Of a stretch of DNA of 34,200 nucleotides, positions 19,890 through 29,900 are shown piece after piece; the stretch's first letter is position 1; each line of letters starts with the position of its first letter. The position numbers were made by a program, and so were the translations under genes. This DNA is from Guillardia theta CCMP2712 (taxonomy: Eukaryota; Protista; Cryptophyta): assembly GCF_000315625.1 (NCBI RefSeq), contig NW_005434435.1, forward strand, positions 19,802 through 54,001, written 5' to 3'. Below the pieces are notes generated by a model. It was not told the DNA's origin, did not search any database, and saw only the letters and a program-made list of their open reading frames with translations.

Positions 19890-20666
19890 ATCTACTCTCC
19901 TCTCCGCCAGCCTTTTCCTCTGACCTGATCTTCTCTTCTCTTTGATCTGCTCTCCTTTCACCTGCTTCCCCTCTCCTCTCCTCTCCTCTCCTCTCGTGCA
20001 AGATCTTCTTCTCTCCGGTCAGATCTGCTCCACGCAGTCTCTTCCTTTCCTTCTTTCCGTCTCTTTCCTTCTTCCCCCTTCTCCTCGCTCCTCCATCTCT
20101 CTTTACTCGTCCTCTCCCTTGTCCGCTCCTCTTGTCATTGCACTCCACTACCTCCCTCCTGTCCATTCCTCTTCTCTCCTTTCTCCCTGCTCTGCTCGTC
20201 TCTTCTCCTCCCCTGCTCTCTCCTCTCCCTTCTGTTCCCTTCGCGTTTCTGATCGCCTTTGTACTCTACTGCCCTCTCCTCTTCCATCCTTACCTCCTCT
20301 GCAAGAGGAGAAGCTCTCACCTCCTCTCTCCTCGTCTCCTCTCTTTCGCTCTCTTATCTTTTATCCTCTCTCCTCTCCCTTGTCGCTCCTTCGCTTCCTC
20401 TGACGGTTCGCTCTCTCTCTCTCTCTGCTGACAGCTGAGGCTGGGAGAGAAGCAGCTCGACAGGTAAGAGCAACGAAAGAGAAACGAGAGAAAAGAGAAA
20501 ACGACAAGGGAAGGGAGAGAGAGAGGGTAAGAAAGGGGAAGATGAACAAGCCAGTAGACAACGAGAGATGTTTACAAGATGTTTAGGAGAGGGTGAGAAG
20601 GAGGGGAAGAGAAAAGAGCAGAATAACGACCAGCAGAAAGAGAGCGGGAGAGAGAGGGGGGGGGGG

Positions 20667-20728
<62 letters not shown>

Positions 20729-21260
20729 CAGAGACAGAGAGAGACAGAGAGAGACAGAGAGACAGAGAGACAGAGAGACAGAGAGAGGATAAGACGTGAG
20801 GTATGTATGAGGAGACAGACTCGAGTCGATAAAGAGAAGAGGCAAGCGAGACAGGCAAGAGAAACTCACGAGGAAGAGGAACATCGAATGACAATGCGAG
20901 ATAAATAGAGGCAAGACAAATCATCAAGAGATGATGTGCAACACATCACTACATACAGATAGACGAGAAGCTGTACTGCAACAAACATCAAGAAAGTCAT
21001 ATCTAGAGAGAGACAATGAGAAGAAGAAAAAACTAGGAGGAGGAAGAAAAGGATCAAGAAAATTAAGGAGAGGACGACAAGAAAGAAGCAAAACCAAGAT
21101 CCAACAACGACATCGGCGAAGGTCTGAGACGAGACAACAAGGGATGAGCAAGGGAAGCAGGGAGGTCTGAGATTGAGTGAGTCAACCTTGCAGTCACTCT
21201 TCTCTCGTCTCTTCTTCTCCTTCTCTCTCCTCTCCTCTCCTCTTCACTCCTCCCCGTCCC
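19890..21260. repeat. Low-complexity tract (CT-rich, then GA-rich) including a (GA)n/(GAGACA)n microsatellite at ~20669-20786
   Basis: Direct inspection; strand purine bias flips near 20440. Confidence 0.85.
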
Positions 21261-21661
21261 TTCCCCATGGCGGCCCCCTTGTCACCCTCTCACCCTACCC
21301 AATCTTTCTACCCCCCCACCCCCTCACCCCCTCGGGTGTATTGCTCGAATAAAGAAAAGATTGACCTCTCTTGATGGGAGGGGGGTAGAGGGTACATGAA
21401 GGAGAGGGACGAGAGGGGTAGGTGGTCTTGAGAGTGATCGGCCAGGACCCGGTAGTCTGTGTAAAGTCTCATGGTGATGTCGCGAGGGTGAGGGGGTGAG
21501 GGGGTTCACACTGATTGCCCTCAGTGACCGGGCCTGGCCCTGAAAGCTGCGGGGCTGTACAAGACATGTGCTATCCGAGTCATACGGCAGTAGATGGCTC
21601 ACTAGTGCAAGCACAAGCGATGAGAGGCCTAGACCAGTCTCCTCGCATGTCTCCCTAGTCA

Positions 21662-24224
21662 CTAGTAGATCCTGCACAGGCTCGTCCCGCTCGAGCGACA
21701 CATCGGGCATGACCTAGACGTCGCTGCCTCCTTGCAGTCCCCGCACAGACACTTGTGACCGCAGGGGACCAGCGCCCATTCAGCTCTTCGATCCATGCAG
21801 ACGACGCATGGCTGCCCGCGCTCTCCGACGGCATCATCGTATCGCTGCTGAAGCTTCTTCCGCAGCTCGCTGAAGCTCGGCCGCTCCTTGATCTTCTCCC
21901 GCCAGCACTCTCGCATGATGGCATACACTGCTGGAGGGCATGCAGCAGGAGCCGCTAGTCGCTCCCCGTCCACAACCTTGGGTCCTACAAGCTCATCGTC
22001 GGTGATGGCCCAGTAAGGGACTTTGCCGTAAGTCCAGACCTCCCACAGCGTCACCCCGAACGCCCACACGTCGCTCTTCTCCGAGTAGCGATGTCTCAGC
22101 AAGCTCTCCGGCGCCATCCATCGCGCCCGTCCAGCCCTCGAGCCTGCCGAGCTCTCGCTCCCTACCCGACTCACTCCGTCACCGCGCCAGCCCATGATCC
22201 ATCGCCCGTAGTCGGCTACCTTGACCCTCACCCCGAGGTGATCCTGCCCTTGCAGACTCCAGACAAGCACGCTCCTCGCCGCCAGCTCCCGGTGTACAAC
22301 ATCGTGCAGCGACAGCTGCTCCATCCCGTCGCAGATCTGCCTCGCCACCTCCAGCTGCACCAGCTCGCCCATCGTCTCCTCCTCCTCCGCGAAGCTGTGC
22401 AAGGTCCTCTCGAGAGAGCCCTGGCAAGCGTACTCAGTCACCAGGCAGTAGTCGCCAGAGCTTGGCTCGACGGTGACGGCAAGGAGGCCAAGCAGGCTGC
22501 GGTGACGGCCCAGCTGGTGCCAGGTCTTGACCTCCTGCTCGAGAGCTTGTCTGCTGGCAGTGGCTCTGCTGCCTCGGATACGTAGGATGGCCACGTCAGC
22601 GGTGCTGGCGTGCGGCTGCCGCCAGCGAGCCTTGTAGATGAGCTTGGAGGAGCCTGAGCCGACCTGACGACTGTCGACCAGGCTGTCGTAGTCCACCGAT
22701 GGCACGCTTCCCAGCTGGAGACGAGAGGATCACGTCAGTCATCGACCCTCGTTAAGACACAAACAGGACCTGAGCAACAGCGCCATGCTGGTTGTCGTCG
22801 TCAGACGCCTGCTGCTCCGCGTCTCTCTGCTGGCGCTGGCGCTTGCGCTTCTTGCTCTTGTCGCTTCTACACCTCTCACGTCGCTCGATCCCCTCCTGCG
22901 CTGGCTTGACGCTGCGTTGCAGTGCCGCTGACAGAAGCTCCCCGCTCCATAGCCGCCGCATCCAGCCCTCTATCTTGCTCGCCAGCTCCTCGTCCTGCCT
23001 CTCTCGCGCTGCCTCCGCCGCTGTTCGTCCCAGCGAGTCTCGCAGCTGCCCGAGCTCTCCGCCCCCGACCTCCAGCAGCCTCTCACAGACAGACCAGACG
23101 CCTCGCGCCGCCGCTACGTGCAGCGCCGAGCCATCAGACTCCGTGACACACTTGATAGACATGCAGTTCACCCAAGCACTATGACCTTGTAGACCACTAT
23201 GAGCTCGTACACCTAACTCAAGACAAGCCTTCTGCGTCATGCTTCCAAGGTCCCACACCCTCAAGGTACTCATCCCACTCCCGCTGACAGCCGTCTTGCC
23301 GTCCTCGCTGATTGCCACGCTCGTCACCCAACCACTATGACCCTCAAGACAAGCCTTCTGCTTCATGCTCACAAGGTCCCACACCCTCATCGTCTCATCG
23401 TTACTCCCGCTGACAGCCGTCTTGCCGTCCCCGCTGATCGCCACGATCCCTACCGCTTTACTATGACCCTCAAGACGAGCCTTCTGCGTCATGCTCCCAA
23501 GGTCCCACACCCTCAGCGTCTTATCGTCACTCCCGCTGACAGCCGTCTTGCCGTCCTCGCTGATTGCCACGCTCCATGCGCACTCACTGTTATCTTCAAG
23601 ACGAGCCTTCTGCGTCATGCTCCCAAGGTCCCACACACTCAAGGTTCTAGACCAGCTCCCGCTGACAGCCGTCTTGCCGTCCCCGCTGATTGACACGCTG
23701 TTGATCGGACCACCATCACCCTTAAGACAAGCCTTCTGCGTCATGCTCGCAAGGTCCCACACCCTCAACGTTTCATCGTCACTCCCGCTGACAGCCGTCT
23801 TGCCGTCCTCGCTGATCGCCACGCTCCATGGCGTACTCCTATGACCCTCAAGACAAGCCTTCTGCGTCATGCTCCCAAGGTCCCATACCCTCAGCGTCTC
23901 ATCCCAGCTCCCGCTGACGGCCGTCTTGCCGTCCCTGCTGATCGCCACACTCGTCACCCAGTGATTATGACCCTCAAGACAAGCCTTCTCCTCCATGCTC
24001 CCAAGGTCCCACACCCTCAGCGTCTTATCCCAGCTGCCGCTGACTATGGTCGTGACTCTCGCTGGTCCTACTGGATGCTTCTGCTTCAGTCGCTCTGCTC
24101 CTGCACTCACGGCCAGCGCTCTCACTTGGACCTCATCTCCTCTCTCGATCGCTTCGATCAGCTGCAGCCGCTTCCTCTCGTCCTCCTCCATCCTTTTCCG
24201 CTCGTCGTCGGAGACCTGGCTCAT
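21662..24224 (-). CDS. Ankyrin/WD40 + tyrosine-kinase-like pseudokinase + C3HC4 RING protein, 835 aa; exons 24224-22770 and 22714-21662
   Basis: ATG 24224; WD40 units LEGH...V.SVAIS.DGKTAVSGS.D.TLRVWDL; ankyrin motifs SALHVAAARG and GRTAAEAA. A 55-nt phase-0 GT-AG intron joins the two ORFs in frame. Kinase motifs GSGSS, VAILR, HRELAARSVLV, DYG, RWMAPE, SDVWAFGVTLWE; RING CVVC...PCGHKCLCGDC...CPMCR. Confidence 0.88.
22715..22769 (-). other. Spliceosomal intron (55 nt)
   Basis: CAG|GTCCTG...ACTGAC (branch-point-like)...CTCTCGTCTCCAG|CTG; contains the in-frame TAA that ends the upstream ORF. Confidence 0.8.
23150..24050 (-). repeat. 126-bp tandem array encoding 42-aa WD40 repeats (6 full + 2 complementary partial = 7 blades)
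   Basis: ccgctgacagccgtcttgccgtc and aaggtcccacaccctca recur every 126 nt. Confidence 0.92.
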
Positions 24225-26765
24225 CCTCCTCCTTGCTCGTCCCTCAGCCCCAGCACAAGAACCTCTTGTTCTCCTTCGCTCCTCTCGTCTCCTCTCTTTC
24301 TATCGCTTCTCTCTCCTTCTCTCTCCCTCACATCACCTGACCTCTCCCTTCCCTCTCCCTTCCCTTCTCTTTCCCTCCCCTCGATCCTCTCCTCTTCCTC
24401 TGCTTATCCTACCGAGCTCTGTCAGGACCCCTCCTTTCTCCCTCCCTCCCCCCCCCCACCCCACTCCCTTGCCCTCAACCCCCTGGATCTAGGGGGTGGT
24501 ACGAGGAGGGGAGAGAAGGTAGGGGGCTGGGGGGTGTTCCAACTAATCCTACCAAAGAGGCTGGGGGGGAGGGAGGGGTGGAGGAGCAAGGGGCGGGAGG
24601 GGGTGGTGGGGTGGGATCGAGAGTTCAACCCTCTTTCTCATTGAGGGTCACGTTGTCCTCCCGGCTGCACTACAAGGGCCCGGGCCCGTGGAATGTCCCG
24701 GCCCGGGCCCCGGGCCCGGTCTCTCAGTGACGTTGCCACGGTCCTAGGGTCTTGAGCCTCCGAGGCTCCGGTGACTTGATTGACATGGGGCAGACAGCCA
24801 GGCGTCAGCCGGGAGACGGACAGGTGGAGGAGAAGCAGGAGAAGCTGACACAGTGAGAGATGGTACAGCTGGAGCTGAGAGGTGAAGGAGGCGAGAGAGG
24901 ACCTCGAGGACATGAGGCTGCAACAAGATGAGGCACCAACAACCTGCAATGATCGGCGTAAGAAGGCATGCCGATGGGGGTAGGAGCTGGAAGGCTTGAC
25001 AGAGCTCGGTCATGCGAGTACGCTTTCAATAAGGCATCAAACATGCTTCACAAAGTCCAGCTGCACATGCCACCGTAGCAACTTCCAGCTGCATGCCTGC
25101 TGTCCTCCACCATACAGCAGAGAGCATCCCCGGCCAGCCTCCCCCCACCAGCACCCCAGCACAAGCCCTGGCTACCTCTCGAGCTGCTGGGCACATGCCT
25201 CCGTCTCGCTCCTCGGCGGCCTGATCCCAGCAGCCTCTCGAGCTCGAGCAGGCCTTATGTCGGATTGTGAGTACCTTCCCAACCTAGAGCTTTAAGGGAA
25301 GGAGCCTGCTGGGAAACGAGAATGCGGCAAAAGGTTGGAGTTGTTAGTAAAGAGAGAAGCGGCAAGAGGAGGAGAAGGGGGAGGAGCAGGAGAAGTAGCG
25401 GGTGGAGAGGAAGAGAGGGAGGAGAGAAGGAGCGGGAGGAGCGGGAGAAGCAGGAGGATCGGGAGGAGGAGCTGCACCTTCCTCTCAGCGAGCTCTTCAA
25501 TGTGCTCCGAGCAGGTCTCGTGAGGGAGACCATGAAGGCTGTATCGCACAAGTTCCATACACTCGCACGATCCTTCGGAAGGGGGTTGACAGACATTCTG
25601 TCTATATCCTTCAAGGTGATCAAGGGGCTCAACGCTTGTTGGAACATATCCTTGAGCAGCATGACGCAGAGGGATCGCAGGACTTGCATGTCTTTGATGC
25701 TGTTGCTGTTCAACCTAGTGACAACCTCCTCAATGTTGATCTTGCAAGTCACGACGTTCTGCATACTTGTTGCATGTCCTCAGGATGGTCACACGTTCTT
25801 GCAAACGAGGAGGGTCACTTCTCCTGGTATGCCGGGCTCTCATATGCCGCGGCTTGCAGCACTTCAAAGTAAGGAGGAACCGTTCGATCATGCACGTCAA
25901 CGATCGACTGCTTCAGCAAGACTTGAGGGATCCTTTGCTAGTGGCGCGCTTATCCTGAGGTGGGGACGGGGGGGGATTCTATGTGAACGGGGGGGATTCC
26001 ATAGTTCCGCGGATGACAACACCCCTATCGCCGTTGTCCACAACATGGTTGAGCACCAGCAAGACGATGCGCATGGGGTCAAGGACGGGAGGAGGAGGGG
26101 AGAGGAGGTGCAGGAGGGGAGGATTAGACTCGTATCATGTGAGAGAAGCTTGAGAAAGGTTGGCGCTTATCCTTCCTCGTTCGCTCCTCCCCTCGTCAGG
26201 TCTCGCCAGTGTCCCCGCAGACCCATCCTGTCATCTCCACGCGCCTCATCTTCGGGAGGCACGGGCCGGGGGTAGAGATAACTGTAAGGACAGAGGGGGG
26301 TGGTGGGGTCATGTCCGTGCGGGGGTGATGTAGGGCCGGAAGTTAACCAGACTCGATGGGGAGACAGGGGTGGGTGGTGGTCTTTAGGTCAGATGTCGAT
26401 AGGGGTGGGGGTGGGGGTTCATTTGAGTGCCAGAGCAGGGGGAGATGTAGGCATCTGGCTGAGCCAGAAGTTCTTACAGACGCAAGAAGTTCAGGGCTAG
26501 CTTCCTTTCAGGTGGTGGAGCCAAGCGCGGCATAGGGCTTGGAGCTTAGGATGTGACTTACGAGATTGACGGACTGGGTGAGGGGGCGCTGGAGAAAAGG
26601 GTGTCGACGTGGAAGCGAGGGGACTCGGCATTGTGGAGACAGGAAGGAGAAAGGGAGCTGCTGGTGTTGGTTGCTGTGTCTGATCCTGAGAATGAACTGC
26701 TGGTGGTTGTGTTGGGAGTCTGGAGAGACTCATTGTGAAGTGCCGAAGCCGTGTGGTGTAGTCAG

Positions 26766-26831
26766 CCATCTCCGAAAGCCAACCATCTCCGAAAGCCAAC
26801 CATCTCCGAAAGTCAACCATCTCCGAAAGTC
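26766..26831. repeat. 17-bp tandem repeat x4
   Basis: ccatctccgaaag(c/t)caa. Confidence 0.9.
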
Positions 26832-26982
26832 CGGGTGTCCAGGGAGTGTCGTGAAGAGGAAGGTTGTTGGTTGCGTAGGAGATTGTTTTGTACAGATCTG
26901 TAAAAAGAATTCAAGGTGATTCCTTTAGTGTAGGGGTATAAGAAGCATTTCTATCGCTGAGACTTGTTGGCTCAGTCTCAAT

Positions 26983-29900
26983 CTACTCGATACCTAAACT
27001 TGTAAGATACTCCTGAACTGACATGTCCCAAGCATAAGCAGCGCATGTCTTGCCGTCATTGTCTTTCTCCCTCAGCAGCCCCTCCCCGCACCTCTCCGCC
27101 AAGTACCGCATAACCTCCAAGTGCCCTCCAGCACTCGCCGAGTGCGCGCATGTCTGGCCATCAATTTTCTTCTCGCTCAGCAGCCCCTCCCCGCACCTCT
27201 CCGCCAAGTACCGCATAACCTCCAAGTGCCCTCCAGCACTCGCCAAGTGCGCGCATGTCCAGCCGCCAATTTTCTTCTCCCTCAGCAGCCCCTCCCCGCA
27301 CGTCTCCGCCAAGTACCGCAAGACCTCCACATGCCCTGCCTTGCTCGCCGCATGCGCGCATGTCGTGCCGGCTTTGGTCTTCTCGCTAAGCAGCCCCTCC
27401 CCGCACCTCTCCGCCAAGTACCGCACGACCGCCAAGTGCCCTCCCTCACTAGCCAAGTGCGCGCATGTCTGGCCGCCCAAGTCCTTCTCGCTCAGCAGCC
27501 CCTCCCCGCACCTCTCCGCCAAGTACCGCAGCACCTCTAAGTGCCCTCCAGCACTCGCCAAGTGCGCGCATTTCTGACCGCCCAAGTCCTTCTCGCTCAG
27601 CGGCCCCTCCCCAAACCTCTCCGCCAAGTACCGCAGCACCTCCAAGTGCCCGCCCTCACTCGCCCAGTGCGCGCATGTCCTGCCATAATTGTCCTTCTGC
27701 CTCAGCAGCTCCTCCCCGCACCTCTCCGCCAAGTACCGCACTACCTCCACATGCCCTCTCACACTCGCCAAGTGCGCGCATGTCTGGCCGTCACTTTTCC
27801 ACTCGCTCAGCAGCTCTACCCGACATTGCTCCTCAACAGCCTCCAGCACCTTCACATGCCCATACTCCGCCGCCCAGTGCATAAAGGTCCTGCCTCCCTC
27901 ATCCTTCGTTCTTACATCTGCTCCTGCCTCGATTAGCTCCCTCACGCTTCCCGCCCTCCCCAGCATCCCCGCTACATGCAGCCCTGTCCTCCCGTCCTTC
28001 ATCCGCTCGTCCATGTCGCATCCGCCCGCCTTCAGCAGCCCGATCAGCTCCCCCTGTCCTCGTACCACCGCCGTCACTGTCGGTGGCTCCCCGTCCCCGT
28101 CCAACCTTGAGATCGACAATGCATACATCCCACACAGCCTCTTGCTCAGCTCGGCTCCCTCCTCAGCATCGGCTACACTTCTCTTGTCCATCTTGTGCCG
28201 CAACCTCGCCATCGTCTTCCAGTACACTGACTGCATCGGCTCGTCCGCAATATCTCGACATTTAAGGTCTCCTTGTGTGTCTTCGATCCAGTGCCTGAGC
28301 TTGTTGATCGCCATCTCCTTCACGCGGTTCGACACCTCGATCGCCTCCTTGTAGTTTGACTCGTCGTTGTACCACTCCGCCTCCCTCCCCCTGCTCGCTC
28401 CACCAGCCCCCAGCACTCCTCACGATCGATTGTACAGACCCTGATGATACTTGTACGATGAGTCCCATGGCGCTGTNNNNNNNNNNNNNNNNNNNNNNNN
28501 NNNNNNNNNNNNNNNNNNNNNNNNNNNNNNNNNNNNNNNNNNNNNNNNNNNNNNNNNNNNNNNNNNNNNNNNNNNNCAGCCGCTCCTGGATCCTCCCCTC
28601 CTCCCCTCTCAGGTCTCGCTCTACCTCCCTCGCCAGGTTCTCCATCAGCCCTACGTACAGCTGCTTCCTCTTCCCCACAAAGTCCTCGATCGTCAAGCTC
28701 ATCGTGTTCGCGTTGATCTTCAGCTCCAGCACCTTCACCCGCCTCCCCTCTACCTCCCTGTACCGCGGCGTCTTCACCACCTCCAGGTACNNNNNNNNNN
28801 NNNNNNNNNNNNNNNNNNNNNNNNNNNNNNNNNNNNNNNNNNNNNNNNNNNNNNNNNNNNNNNNNNNNNNNNNNNNNNNNNNNNNNNNNNGGATACAGCA
28901 CGACCGCAGGAACTCGTTCTTGCTATCACAAACGTCAAGCTCGCCCCCCGGTCGATCGCCCCGCAGCTGATCTCGAACACGATCGACTCTCCCTCCTCCC
29001 CGGCGTACTGGATCGCCGTCCTGACGTCTGTCGTCGTGCTCAGCAGCCCGTACTCGACTCCTCCGGACACCCCGAGCTTGTCCTCGTTGAGGAAGCTCTC
29101 CGGCAGCCTCATCCCCTTCAGCCCCCTCCACACCCGCAGCCCCTCCGGCAGAGGCGTGTGACGAGACAGCTTCACGATGCCGCTGACGATGCAGTGGATG
29201 GTCGTCGTGTACTTGTTGGGGACCTTGTTGGAGTCTTGGAGGAGCTCTTTGGGAGCTCGAAGAACAGAGTTGTACTTGAAGTACATCGGCCCTGTCATAG
29301 CAAGCCTCTTGTCAGCTATCTCACGCTCTCTTGCTCCTCTCTCCTCCCCCATGCTCCTTCTCCCTCTCTCTCGCTATCTCTCTCACTTACCTGTGTAGAG
29401 CTGCAGCGCGATCAGCTCCGCCTCCTGTAGCCCTGCCTTGATCGCCGTGTCCAGCCCCTTCAGCTCCTCCATCCCTCGGATCACCCGCGTCCCGTCCGAC
29501 AGCCTCCGCCTCCTCTCCGGGTCTGTCACGTTGAGCCACTCCTCCTTGGCTGTCGTCGTGATCCCGTAGTTGCTCGTCGTGAACGCTTCCTCCGCGTCCT
29601 TGCCCTTGCAGTGCTCCTCCTCTATCGCCTTCATCAGCTCCGTCTGAGGTAGCCCGATCCGCTCCATCAGCCCACCGTAGTACTCCTCGATCTTCCCGTA
29701 CACGGCCTCGCGTACCTCCCCGCTGCCTGTACCGTCCGACTCATTCACCGCAAACTTGCTGTTGTGCGACGTCGCACCGTCTCCTCCCGCCCGCCCTCCT
29801 GCCTCCGCCGGCCTCCTCAGCGCCTCCTCGAGCCTCCTCGCTATCGCCGTCTGCCATAGAGCCGATAGAGCGCTCTCCGTCATCCCCTGTAGCCCCGCAA

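Noticed and set aside
19888-21374. ORFs with poly-ER/SL runs
   Set aside because: Translations of GA/CT microsatellite and low-complexity DNA.
24780-26275. ORFs 25322..26275 (+) and 25255..25764 (-) and nearby coiled-coil-like fragments
   Set aside because: Coding-like patches broken by stops and frame changes, with no recognisable domain; possibly a decayed gene, but no model can be supported.
21662-26985. Genome-wide TAG reassignment to Glu/Gln
   Set aside because: TAG falls at natural C-termini of the RING gene (21662-21664) and ART paralog B (26983-26985).
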